From the NCBI GenBank assembly GCA_951406725.2, contig OX597818.1:11656001-11720000 (forward strand): 64,000 nucleotides of DNA. The letters are read 5' to 3'. The notes beneath the pieces are model-generated. The model did not search any database, was not told where the DNA came from, and was given only the letters and a program-made list of their open reading frames with translations. Below, piece by piece: positions 26,424 through 39,287 of this stretch (its first letter is position 1; each line of letters begins with the position of its first letter). This DNA is from Octopus vulgaris (Eukaryota). The position numbers and the translations under genes were made by a program.

Positions 26424-26939
26424 TCTATATATAAAACTGTAGTTGTGTGAGTGTCTGTCTCCTACGATTTAGATTCCTAACTCCTCCCACATTTTGCGGT
26501 GCAGTTTAACCAAATTCGGGTATCTTATAGTCGTGATTAATATCGAGCCCATCTGACTATTAGCGCGCGTCTACAATGAGTCTACGATTTTAAAAAATAA
26601 TTTAACATCATTTTTTATTCCATTTTAATGCATAATTTTTCGTGTGTCGATGGCGGCGGAGTTGGCGTCCACGCTCAAACACCTGCACCTGTGTTTGCTT
26701 CTCCTCCTTCTTCCCTCCCTCGTGAAGCTATGGGGAAGGGAGTTTAAGTAAATCAACGTCGTAATGCGTTGTCAAGGAGACCAGCGTTCTTTTAGAACAA
26801 CGACTTCATGGCTTGAAGACACCAAAACAGAAATGGCTAAGAAAGCCCGAATTGGCATCTATAAAGGAAGTAACTCTCTAAAAATGCTTATGTAGTTATT
26901 TCCCTTACAAACCCGAGCAACGCCGGGCGATACTGCTAG
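26424..26939 (+). mobile_element. non-autonomous Helitron
   Basis: A|TC 5' end (TCTATATATAAAA), 3' hairpin cccgagcaacgccggg, then CTAG|T; related copy at 39288-39687. Confidence 0.88.
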
Positions 26940-26940
26940 T

Positions 26941-26974
<34 letters not shown>

Positions 26975-26979
<5 letters not shown>

Positions 26980-27203
26980 GTGTGTGTGTGTGTGTGTGTG
27001 TTTGTGTGTCTGCGTTTGTCCACCCCACCATCGCTTGACAACAGATGTTGGTGTTTTCACGTCCCCGTAACTTAGCGATTCAACAATATATATATACACA
27101 CACACGACGGGCTTCTTTCAGTTTCCGTCTACCAAATCCACTCACAAGGCTTTGGCTGATCCGAGGCTATAGTAGAAGACACTTGCCCAAGGTGCCACGC
27201 AGT
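26975..27203. mobile_element. SINE pieces in opposite orientations
   Basis: Plus-strand body 26975-27085 and minus-strand head 27105-27203 joined across (TA)/(CA)n. Confidence 0.75.
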
Positions 27204-27239
27204 ATTAAATGAATTTCTTTTCTAAATGTATACATTTGT

Positions 27240-28252
27240 TTTTCTAAATGTATTTGTTATTTCAGAGCTAAATTGTATAATAATTTTACAAAAATACCTA
27301 CATAGATTTAGACTGCAATAATTCAAGTATATAAAATTATTTAATGGCAATTAGAAGTAAAAGTCGTAATTCAGCATTTAGATTTCCTGTAGAATTTCCT
27401 ACAGCAATGACTCCAACAAAAGCTGATGTATTCCGACATTATTTACACATAAGAAAACGTGAAGAACAGATATCAATAACTTCACCCACTGTGAAAGAAT
27501 GCTACCAGATTGTTGTTGCAGACGGGCAAAGAATATGGGACAAATTTTCTTTTTCTTAAATTGAGATTCATTGAACCTGCTTATAAATTAAACAAAATAT
27601 CTATCAAGCAAAGAGGAGATTGTTTTGATAAGAAATTTGAGAAGTTCAATGAAATGTTTGATATATGCACCTGCACGTGTTATAACAAACAAATAAAAAG
27701 ATCTGACTGTCATAGCCAGTACCTCTTCCTTGTCATAGTCAAGGAGTCGAGCATGCTATCAATCTAGTGACAAAAACTTCGGAAACAGGCACAAATTCAT
27801 ATCAAATGTACAGAAATCAAGACACTGACTGGAAAAGACAATGGTCATTTAAATAGTAAATACTATTAGTGCTTATTTTATGATGCTCACTGTTCATGTA
27901 TTTCGTTTAAGCTTTGTGCATAGTTCTTTTTTAAAATTTGCATATCATAATACTCATTAAGAATTTATATTTTTTTTACGCTGGAAGTGCTTTTCTGAAT
28001 ACAGGCATTTTTTTTTTTAAAATAATACAAACTATATAAATAGATAAAGATTCCAATATCAGTTTATTTTTCCAGATGGAGTGGGGGTTGGGCGTTTCAT
28101 ATCATTTATAAAATGTTATATAGGTAATATTTAACCAATACAAAGTTAATAGCATTAAAACAAGTTTACAGTTCCTTACTTTTTCTGTATTCAAAACGCA
28201 AAATAAGGCGTGGGGTGGCTATGCGAGAGGTAGGGGTGATAGTATACTCTTT
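27240..28252 (+). mobile_element. DNA transposon relic, possibly hAT (hATm-like) N-terminus
   Basis: ORFs 27344-27559 and 27510-27767 with PTKADVFRHY...RIWDK...MFDICTCTC; possible terminus 'gtatactcttta'. Family recalled from motifs only. Confidence 0.4.
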
Positions 28253-28328
28253 AGAATTTGTTAATTTATTTATCACACCAAAATGAACATCAAGTAATAT
28301 GTGGAATCAGAATACAAAATTTATATAT

Positions 28329-28650
28329 ACAGGGTGCGTTAAGTTTTTGAGGTGATTTGCATGAAATTAGAAAAGGACTCATAACACATCAAAGAAAAGC
28401 AGTATTTAAAAACAAATTGGTACAAATAATCTTACTAATCCTTTTATTACACCTATTCAATGAATCTACCGTTTGCATCAATGGCTGCTTAAATACGGGA
28501 TCGGCAGCATTGACACGTCCAGATCAAATGAGCTTTACCAATTCTGTACATAGTGCTGGTTATGGCAGATTAGAGAGACTATGTGGTGTTGTGGGGCAGT
28601 TGGCTGACATCTTTCTCGACTATGTCCAATACATAACATGGCCAGCTTTA
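28329..28650 (-). mobile_element. maT/Tc1-mariner-like terminal fragment
   Basis: TA|CAGGGTGCG..AAGTTTTTGAGG terminus resembles those at 34459 and 36907. Confidence 0.5.
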
Positions 28651-30867
28651 TATCTTACCCGCATATGTTGGCCTGCAACAGTTTAAACTCACATAACAGT
28701 ATCAATGTCTCCGCTCTCGGAAAGGCCTGCAAGGGTCTTGCGCTCTGTCTCTTCCTCCAAACTCAATAGGGATATGTTAGATAGATAGATATTGGAAAGC
28801 AGTTTTTGTGATTACTTTAGGATACAGGATTTTAGATAACAATAAACGACTTACTACATTAAACAGAAGATGTAGATATAGCAAAAACCCTCAGCGTGTT
28901 CAGTCTCTTTTATTTACATTCTGAGTTCAAATACTGTCGAGATCGACTTTGCCTTTCAGCATTCTTGGGTCGGTAAAATAAGTACAAGTGGAGCACTGGG
29001 GTCGATGCAATCGACTATACCCCTTTCTCTAAATTTTGGGCTTCGTGCCTACTGTAGAAAAGAGAAGATTGTTATTATTAGGCAAATTTCTAATGCTTCA
29101 TCTGATACACTTCCGTGTTGCTGAGGTGTATGCAACATTATGTATTTTGTTTTTGTTGGTGTTAGGGTGAATATAGACTCTTCCTGATTCTAGATTGTAG
29201 TCTTTTGTTGTATTAGCGTTTGCTTTGTATGTTGTGTGTGTAATATGAGTTGATACTTTAGTTGGGTACCCGACCTGTAGCATAGATATTGTGGGGTTGC
29301 TTATTTTATTGGATATTTACTGTGGACCAGTGCAGTTGTCCAAATATATACAGGATATCGGAAGACCCCACAAGATGATGGGAAGATAACGGTTAAAAGA
29401 TAATTCGTGTCCAATAAGAGAAGGGTACAATCAAAGGCAGAATGGAAATACACCGTGACCAGCGATGTATGAGGTCATCCGGTAGCCTGGTCGAAGGCAT
29501 GGTATATATAAGCATACACACATGTATAAGTGTATGTATGTGTGCATGTGTGAGTGTACGTGTGCATGCATGTGTATATTTGTGAAAGTAAAAAATCTCG
29601 AAATACACAGACACAAATCTTTAAGGCGTGTTTAGTTCTCATTGTCATATATTCTATTTTAATAATATCTAACCTGCTTTTCATGATTTCAAACGAGTTT
29701 ATATTTATCTAAATTTAACTTTATGCAAGTCACTTTATTGAGATTGTTATCTTTCATTTCTTCAATTTTAAAACGAAGATGCTTTATACATCAAATAAGG
29801 TGTGTAATAACAAAGCTTTTTTTCATAAGGTAGGTTAAAATGTTCATAGAGAATTATTAGACCAGGAAGATTTTGCGGGTCGTGACATTAATTTTATGTC
29901 GACTTCTTTTTAGCTCAACAGACTAACCGAGTTGGTTACATTCGTCTGAAAAGCTCAAGCGTTCAATGTTACCAATCATATGAATGTTGCGTCATCAGGA
30001 AGAGCAACCAGCAACCGGATATTTGTTGTTCTGTCAACACAGTTAATTCTCAAATAATCCAATATCCAAAGTTAACCCGGAGCTAAACAGCTACAACAAC
30101 AACAACAATTGTGCTCTGATCGAGCAGATCCATGATCGAAGGAATCTCAGGCATGACCAGTCCGTTGTATTTTCAAATATATTTTATCCATGATTACATT
30201 ATCCTATTTATCCCAACCTTTGTTGAGGCGGCTGGTTGTGATTTAAAGGTGATTTGGCTGTTAATTTTAGCAGTTTGAGACCCCGTGAAAGATCCCCACT
30301 GTAGCTGGAAAAAGGTTGTTGTTGATGTTGCTTACTTCCAAGTTCAGCCTGTCTTAACCGAACATATCATCATAAGACATCCCAGATATCACCCCATATT
30401 GTATTTCCACATGCAGTGTACCTCATTGATGCGTTAATTTTTAAGACTGAAAAATATAATTCGAAGGAATTTTGGCTGCTATTTCTAGAAGCACCCCAAT
30501 AGGGATGTAAAAAGGTACCAGTGGGTGATATCTATTTACACTATGGTTTCATTGACTTACATTGATGGTTTCCAGAAGTGAATTATTCAAACTGCAATGA
30601 ATTCCTTTCGACATATGGCTATGATGCTTCCCCATTACTTCTTCCCGTGATCAGAGATGTGCATATCGTCAGCCACCAAGGGACATGCTCAACCGGTTAC
30701 GGTCAAGCAACTGAGAAGCGAATATGTAGCACTGAGCAGAATATTCGCTGTAGCCCATCTTTTATACCAAGACAAAACATGTACATGATAACACCTCTAA
30801 CACATGATAACACTTCTAATCAGTAAAATCATGCCATGAGAGTCACTGCCTGGCACTGCATCTATTA

Positions 30868-31485
<618 letters not shown>

Positions 31486-31674
31486 CATTATTATTAGACA
31501 ATACGAAGTGCGCGATGCGATTGCAATAGATATTTTATTGGTTGAACGATATTTCGATAGCAAGCCTGTCTTTGTCGAGTTCAAAATGAAATGCGATAAA
31601 AATTCAAAATTATAGAAATTCAAATCCAAAATATGAACGAGAGCAACCGGTGTCCACACGTTGATGGAATGACA

Positions 31675-31703
31675 TCATCAGTCTTTAAATCTCAATTTTA
31701 CAA
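31675..31703 (-). CDS. possible short terminal coding exon of an unknown host gene (..VKLRFKD*)
   Basis: Minus strand: ~65-nt polypyrimidine tract ending ttttcttttcAG at 31704, then TT GTA AAA TTG AGA TTT AAA GAC TGA TGA and non-repetitive UTR-like sequence. Confidence 0.3.
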
Positions 31704-32355
31704 CTGAAAAGAAAAACATAGAGCAAAACGAAGAAAAGGAAAGAAAAAAGGAAAGGAAAAAGAAAAAGAACATTTAATCAAACAGTTTTGTGTAAATTTG
31801 ATGAAATCCTCCTGTCATTTTATTCGTTCCTCCAGGGCGTGATGTTAATAACTCACAAACATGTACTTCTACCCATGCATTTTGATTATTGAATGAGTAG
31901 CAGATTCAGAATATTTTCTGAGAATAGATAGATAACTTGAATGGCGGTAAGTATTCTGGTTTACATAAAAAGTAGCTTTTGCTCAATTATACACAAAATT
32001 CATTCCATTAAATTAGCATTTTCTAATGAAAGAGAAATAATTTACTTCTTATATCTAATAGTAAATATTTATAATTTTAGTTAGAGGAAGTCCTGGTTGC
32101 AATGTCTATCTAGATGACATATACTTAATATATATATTCATAAATACATACGCATACAGTTGTATGTGTAAATTTCTCTCTCTCTCACTCTGTATATATG
32201 TGTATCTCTGTGTGTGTATTAGAGGAAAAGCAAGAAGAAAATGAAGAAAAAATGGATGTATGAATAATTTATTTGTATGTTACAAAACGATGAAAACTTT
32301 AAAAAAACAACATAATAGTACAAATAAATTTATTCAAAAATGAAATAAAATAAAG

Positions 32356-32471
32356 TAACCTACATATATGTTTCAGTCCTATCAGCAAGTTGATCAGAAT
32401 TTCTAAGCATTTGATTAAATGCTGAGAAAGGTATATTATTCTAATTATATGGTAGGACTTCTTCAGGGTTA
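32356..32471 (-). ncRNA. type I hammerhead ribozyme with intact core and extended stem II
   Basis: Minus strand: taacc-CTGAAGA-agtccta...taggact-GAAA-catatatg-TA^ggtta; stem I 5 bp, stem II 7 bp, palindromic stem III; inner hairpin tttctcagcattt/aaatgcttagaaa. Confidence 0.88.
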
Positions 32472-32604
32472 ATATAGAGCTCATGGAACTTACGTAATCA
32501 TTTTTCTTTTGAAGGATGCGTAGAGTATTAGCGGGTTAAAAAAGCTAAAAGCAATATATATATGTATTTGATTCTTATGTATTTGTGAATATACTATATA
32601 TTAT

Positions 32605-33025
32605 AACTCTTTACTCTTTTACTCTTTTACTTGTTTCAGTCCTTTGACTGTGGCCATGCTGGAGCACTGCCTTTAGTCGAGCAAATTGACCCCAGGACTT
32701 TGTAAGCCTAGTACTTATTCTATCGGTCTCTTTAGTTACGGGGACGTAAACACACCAGTTACGGGGACGTAAACACACCAGTTACGGGGACGTAAACACA
32801 CCAGCATCGGTTGTCAAGCAATGTTGAGGGGACAAACACAAACACATAAACACACACACACACGACGGGCTTCTTTCAGTTTCCGTCTACCAAATCCACT
32901 CACAAGGCTTTGGTCGGCCCGACACTATAGTAGAAGACACTTACCCAAGGTGCCACGCAGTGGGAATGAACTCGGAACCATGTGGTTGGTAAGCAAGCTA
33001 CTTACCACACAGTCACACCGGCGCC
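32605..33025 (-). mobile_element. full-length SINE (family of 14130-14580) with internal 23-bp x3 tandem repeat
   Basis: Tail (ttttactc)n; 'agttacggggacgtaaacacacc' three times at 32734-32802. Confidence 0.9.
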
Positions 33026-33173
33026 TTGTAAAGCAAATTAATAAATATATATATAAAGTATGCATCGAAATTAAAATCAAGCTAAAAAGATAAAATAAAA
33101 TAAAAATGACAGTAAAAGCATAAAATAAAATAAGAAATTAGATTATTCCTATTGGTTTAGTGATAGATACATA

Positions 33174-33541
33174 TGGAGGCGCAATGGCCCAGTGGTTAGG
33201 GCAGCGGACTCGCGGTTTCAATTCCCAGACCGGTCGTTGTGTGTGTTTATTGAGCGAAAACACCTAAAAGCTCCACGAGGCTCCGGCAGGGGATGGTGAT
33301 GATCCCTGCTGTACTCTTTCACCACAACTTTCTCTCACTCTTACTTCCTGTTTCTGTTGTACCTGTATTTCAAAGGGCCGGCCTTGTCACTCTCTGTGTC
33401 ACGCTGAATATCCCCGAGAACTGCGTTAAGAGTACACGTGTCTGTGGAGTGCTCAGCCACTTACACGTTAATTTCACGAGCAGGCTGTTCCGTTGATTCG
33501 GATCAACCGGAACCCTCATCGTCGTAACCGACGGAGTGCTT
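33174..33541 (+). mobile_element. tRNA-derived SINE, third family
   Basis: 'ggcgcaatggcccagtggttaggg...ttcaattccc' head; body 'gctcagccacttacacgttaatttcacgagcaggctg...gtcgtaaccgacggagtg' shared with 41033-41350. Confidence 0.85.
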
Positions 33542-33666
33542 CAAGAATGATAGATACATATGTAGAAAAGATATAGAGGAGTAGCGATACATGACATGAT
33601 CGGGATGGAGGATGGATGAAAGTTTGAAAAATAACCGTTATAATGCGTATCTAGTAAAACTTACTT

Positions 33667-33815
33667 ATATACCGTTATTGATTAGGGTATGTAGATGTAC
33701 ATTTAAATGCATATTTTAGATTAATGCATTAGGACGTTGGGACATTAATCTAAATGCATTTATCTAAAATATCATTCAAATATGCATTTATCTACCCTAA
33801 TCAATAACGATCTAT
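33667..33815. repeat. AT-rich fold-back
   Basis: cgttattgattagggta pairs with taccctaatcaataacg; atattttagattaatgcatt pairs with aatgcatttatctaaaatat. Confidence 0.8.
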
Positions 33816-33965
33816 GAGATAGATCATCAATGATATATTTTTAATATCCAGTTTATACTCCACTCTATATTTCTAAATTTATTACTATGGCAAATGTTTT
33901 TATTTTGAAATCTCAGTTATATCGTTTGATTTACGTTAGCGAGTAATCATATTTTCAGCAGTTTT

Positions 33966-34172
33966 TCGGCGGTGAGGTGACAGACTCGTTAGTATACCAG
34001 CGGGCAAAACGCTTAGCTACATTCGTCTTTATGTTCTGAGTTCAAATTCCGCCAAGGTTGGACTTTGCTTTCCATCTTTTCGGAGTCGATGATGAAAGCA
34101 CCAGGCGAGCACTGGGGTCGATGACTATTGTCTTCCCCCAAAATTTCAGGCGTTGTTCCTATAGCAGAAAGA
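33966..34172 (+). mobile_element. tRNA-derived SINE (family of 47023-47252), diverged
   Basis: 'ttctgagttcaaattccgccaagg...gcactggggtcgat...aaatttcagg'. Confidence 0.8.
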
Positions 34173-34458
34173 TATTTTTGGCATTTACAGCTTTGAAATA
34201 CTTCTCACATCATTGACGTAGAACGTTATTTCTTCTCTTAGTATTTGAAACTAAAGCTTCGTTTCTGCTTTTAAAAAAAAATTTCTATTCCAATAATAAT
34301 ACAATGACACTGTTTGGTATTTACGTTTTCAAGTATTTATATCTTTTTTTCTTTCTCTACTCCTGTAAGTACATATACAGTCGTAAACCTGTCAAAAAGT
34401 ACAAATGTATTGTACTGAAAGAATATTCGCGTAAATTAAGGTATTTTATCATTATATA

Positions 34459-34676
34459 TAGGGTGCGACAATGTTTTTGAGGACACCTCTTTCGAGAGCT
34501 CTTACTTTCTTGTAACTTAATTTTTGTTTTTACCTTTCTTTTCCTGATAAATAATATCAGACATCGGGTTGACTCAACAAATGAAAAGACACGCTGTAAT
34601 TGTTGCCTTAAAAGCGCAGCATAATGATATAGAAATAGCTCGCTCCCTGAAAGTTGCCCGATTCTTCGTTGTCAAA
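34459..34676 (+). mobile_element. maT/DD37D-like transposon 5' end
   Basis: TA|TAGGGTGCG terminus; MKRHAVIVALKAQHNDIEIARSLKVARFFVVK; homologous to 36907-37410. Confidence 0.65.
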
Positions 34677-34739
34677 TGCCCTTGGGCACATGGCGTAGTG
34701 AATTTTTAGGGCTTATAAATCTAATATTTTCCTATCCTT

Positions 34740-35535
34740 CCTTAATACCGGTTCCCATATACTATTCATATCTGCCTCGATCTGCTTAGGAGGTTGTTGT
34801 GTTCTAGCATATGTACTGCTTCTTTTAGTTTTTGTATTTTCCAGTGATATTCTCTGTCTATTATTTTAACTTCACCCCACAGGGGGAGGTGGTCTCCATT
34901 TTTCCATACATGATCAGCTATACCTGATTTATCAATATCTCCTCGTGTCACAGCTTTGCGATGTTCGTCTACCCTTATTTTGAGGAGGCTGCATGGGATG
35001 GAGTACACGCAGTTTTTGGTCATATTCTCTTCTATTGGTGGTCTTACCCGAAGGAGATATTTGCGAAGCGTCGTATTAATCTTGAATCATTATATATAGG
35101 GTGCGACAATTTTTTGAGGACACCTCTTTTGAGAGCTCTTACTTTCTTGTAACTTAATTTTTGTTTTTACCTTTCTCTTCCTGATAAATAATATCAGACA
35201 TCTGTCCTGATGTCATAGGGGCCGCATATCTTTTGTATCTTTTGGGAGAGGCCTTTCACATAGGATAGACAGACTGTAGACAGTTTATTGGTTTCATCCT
35301 ATCTTTTCTTCATAACTGGAGTAGATAGTATGTTTTGGGGTTAGTTGTTACTTAATAGATTGTTACTGAGCTTGATCATTTCTTCGTGGTGGGAATCACG
35401 ATCGCTGCTTATATTCTTTGCTCGATGTTTTAGGTACTGAGCAATCCCTCTCTTTACACAGTATGCATGGTGGGAATTGAAGTTAAGGTATCGTCCAGTG
35501 AAGATCGGCTTGCGGTATACGGATGTCCCCATAGG
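34740..35535 (-). mobile_element. Penelope-like element fragment (RT C-terminus + GIY-YIG)
   Basis: TSVYRKPIFTGRYLNFNSHH; NCVYSIPC...RVDEHRKAV..SGIADHVW..H....EVKIIDRE..KLKEAVHM; interrupted at 35086-35202. Confidence 0.88.
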
Positions 35536-36477
35536 TAGGTGTTCTTACCAGTGAATTAGAGCGATTTGCTTCTTTCTGTTCCTAATGTCTTAGTAAAGCA
35601 TCACCAGATGCCTTGAAATATTGGCCGCAGATTTGAAATTGTGATTCTCCTACTGCTATAATTCATTATATAAACTTAATCTTATTTCTGTCCAGATATA
35701 GGGAAAATATTGTTATTAGTAATAATCCTTTCTACTATAGACACAAGGTCTGAAATTTCTGGGAAGGGGATAAGTCGATTACATCGACCCAAATGCTCAA
35801 CTGGTACTTTATTTTATTGACTTCGAAAGGATGAACGACAAGGAATTTTTGTTCAGAATGTAAAGACGGACGAAATATTGATATTAATAATAATGTTTCT
35901 TATTTTGTTGACTACTGAAGTATATAATATGAAGTCAGCTTCAACTAAATTTTAACTCAAATAGTTTGTAATAACTACATGGCACTTGTTCATTTGTTCA
36001 GATACAATAAATAATAAGTACGCCTCATTTACTCTAGTAGTTGTCGATAAGTCTGTTTTATCGATACCAGGAAGATTATTCGTAGGGAAACGTAACAATA
36101 CTATTAACTATTTATTCATCGCTAAATAGGCTTGGTACATATTCCATCAACCAGTAAATAATTGAGAAGGAGAACAATAGGTTGTAAGAATAATACATGA
36201 TTTTGCCAAACAAATCGAGCGAAAGCTATACAAAAGTTTGATCTATATTTGAATGTATATATATCAGCTGAATCATGGACTTTAACAACGTTTGATTGAA
36301 TGATATCTGATAAAAAATTTTTTCTTCTTTCATGAAAAAACCGTCACTATATTGAGACCAGTAAGGGAACTTCGATGTGTTTATTCTATCTATTAATAAC
36401 TATTTCACAAATTATATATATAAATAATGTATGTATGTATTTATGTATGTGTGTATGTATGTATGTATGTATGTATA

Positions 36478-36790
36478 TAAATTAGAGATAAAACCACTAT
36501 TATGCAACTCAAACAGTGATAGATATAAACCAAAACAAATAACAAATAAAATATATTTTTATAAAACATATAACTAGATTTATTGAATTTAAATTTAATT
36601 GTGATTCGAATTTATTTGTAGTCATGAAACGAACGTAGTTTTTTTACTTATTATATATTGATCGTTCATTTTTATACTTTTTGAGATTTAGTTATATGTT
36701 TTATAAAAATATATTTTGTTTGTTATTTATGTTTTGGTTTATGTCTCTCATGGTTTGTGTTGCATAATAGTGGTTTTATCTCTAATTTAT
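36478..36790. repeat. ~100 bp inverted repeats around a ~110 bp spacer, in TA/TATG repeats
   Basis: 'aaattagagataaaaccactattatgcaac' / 'gttgcataatagtggttttatctctaattt'; 'aaaatatatttttataaaacatataacta' / 'tagttatatgttttataaaaatatatttt'. Confidence 0.88.
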
Positions 36791-36866
36791 ATTTTATATA
36801 TTTATATTGGCAAATTTGATTTAATACTAAATTGAATTTTTCCCTGTAAGTTTGGAGTTATACTCC

Positions 36867-36906
<40 letters not shown>

Positions 36907-36908
<2 letters not shown>

Positions 36909-37410
36909 CAAGGTGAGTAAGGTATTTGAGAACATACCTTTTTGGGGTCATTGCTGCATTTTTGATAACTCTGTATAATCTTTGTTTCAAGAAATAATAA
37001 TAGCAGACCCTAAGTTTACTCAAGAAATGAAGTGGCATGCTGTTATTGTGGTTATAAAGGCTGACATCTTTCGTCTACAAAGTTTGTAAGGAGTTAGAGA
37101 TTGAAGATAGAAACGTAACACCAGTATCAAAGCATAAAAAGCATTCTAAACGCTTTGAAATCATCAGAACGCCTGAATGTATCCAGTAAGTTCAACAGAC
37201 CATTGATTACAATCCCAGAAAGTCCATGATGTCAGTGGCAAAAGATCCCCATGTGTCAGAAGGCACGGTCAGAAATGTTGTCCACGAAGACATCACATAT
37301 AAGTCTTATATAATTAGGAAAGGTCAACTTGTCAGAAAAAACATAAGAAAATCACTACATCAAATATAAAAGGCTCTTAAACAAACTGAAAAATCCAGCA
37401 GAAGATTTGA
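36907..37410 (+). mobile_element. maT/DD37D-like transposase relic
   Basis: EMKWHAVIV...KHKKHSKRFEIIRTPE...NPRKSMMSVAKDPHVSEGTVRNVVHEDITYKSY..RKGQL. Confidence 0.75.
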
Positions 37411-37754
37411 TCTTTATCCTCATAGTATTTTTTGGTAAATAAAGATATTATCTGTTATTATATTGCTGTTTTTTTTTATAAACATAAATCTGTCCCCTGC
37501 ATGTCTATTGTTATGTCCTGTTATTTGTATTTGTGTAACATTCTCCGTTTTTTCCCGTCCTTGTTTTCGTATACATTCGCTGCTTTCTTCCAAAGAATCT
37601 AATGCTCTTATCTTAGTTTTCCTTGGGGCTGGCCAGATTGAAGCAAAATCGAATATAACTAGCCGAAGGTGCAAAGATAATCTGGAACTCGACTGAGGAA
37701 AGAAATGTTTCATTTGTATCGTCTATCTGGATGTTTTGTGTTCTTGTCCCCTAT

Positions 37755-38253
37755 ATATGGCTGAAGCGGGAAGACCGAAAATGGCTTGAAAGTCATTAAC
37801 ACGCCGACGGGAAATAACATCATTAGGTGAGACAAGCTGACTGAATCAGCTTCGCTGACTGACAGGTGATGGTCGTTTAGAAAAAGCGCGGGCTAAAACT
37901 ACGCGCCTTCACTAGTCAGTTAAGGCGAGATAGTGTCACGTGACAACTTGCTGGGGCTGCCTGCTGGAGCCTATGCGGCTGGTATTTAAAGGGAGAAATT
38001 TGACAAGACAGTCAGTCATCGGCTGACACTCGCTGACGATACGTAGAAGAGGCCTGGGAACAGAAGAAAGAAGAAGAAAGAAGACATGCACCCAAAACCA
38101 GAGCTGAAGACACCTCCGAAAGGCGGGGGCGCCACGTCAAAACGGTAGAGGAGTAGGGGCCAAAACCGGACGTGGTTCCTCCTGATGATGTCTTGAGCTA
38201 ACTGGATCCTATAAAGGAGCTGTTGCGGTAGCAGACCACGAAACACGGTTGTA
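37755..38253 (+). mobile_element. GC-richer PLE terminal-repeat-like segment ending in a degenerate hammerhead
   Basis: TATA-like gtatttaaag at 37982 (cf. 43258); CTGATGA 38182-38188 ... GAAAC-acggtt-GTA 38240-38253. Confidence 0.45.
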
Positions 38254-38485
38254 ATTCCTTCCTATATGCATACATACACGATGGTTTCTTTCACTTTCCG
38301 TCAAACAAATTTACTCACAAGACTTTAGTCGGCCGAAGGCTATAATTGAAGACACTTGCCCAAGGTGTCACGGTGTGGGACTAAACTCGGAACCATACGG
38401 TTAGGAAGCAAACTTCCTACCACACATCTATACATAGGCATACACAATGTTAATATGTTAATATGTATGTATGAATGCGTGTGAA

Positions 38486-38522
<37 letters not shown>

Positions 38523-38741
38523 GTGTGTGTGATTGTGTGTGCGTGTGTGTTTTTTTATTTTCATTTCGAGAATTCGAACTGGCCACTAACCAAGTGACAA
38601 GTCTCTTTTATTTCAGTTAAGGTATTGGCGGTTTGTGGTCATCTGAATCAGTTGACATATGATATATGCACGTTTGTGCTCAAGGGTAATGTGTACAGCG
38701 AGGTAATTAAGAACTATGTGAGAGTCTTTCGTAATAGATAA

Positions 38742-38808
<67 letters not shown>

Positions 38809-39072
38809 TTGATAATAATAATAATAATAATAATAATATTAATAATAATAATATTAATAATAATAATAATCTTTTCATTTAAAAAAATGAATACGTTTGA
38901 AATCAACATTATTAAAGGTAGTCTTTGGCGGGTGTTACAACAGTTATACAAGTAATTCATAAATATAAACTTCCATCAGCAGTATATTTACAATTAAAAA
39001 AATGCATTCATGCGTTCAAAATTTTCGAAACCGGGAAGTATTCCTAAACAAACCAAGTAACTAGCAAAATCA

Positions 39073-39119
<47 letters not shown>

Positions 39120-39287
39120 GAACACCAATTATAAAAAAGAAGCCTGTGGAAGAAGCTTTGTCGTTGCTGTAACTATTTAAAGAAACTGCATTGTGTACTA
39201 TTTTAAAAGCAATATAAGAAAAAGTTAACGCTTGTTGGCGTGCAAGTGTGTGTGTGTGTGCGTGCGTGTATGTGCGTGTGAGTTATA

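Noticed and set aside
32734-32802. 23-bp x3 repeat (CRISPR-like?)
   Set aside because: No spacers; slippage duplication inside a SINE in eukaryotic DNA
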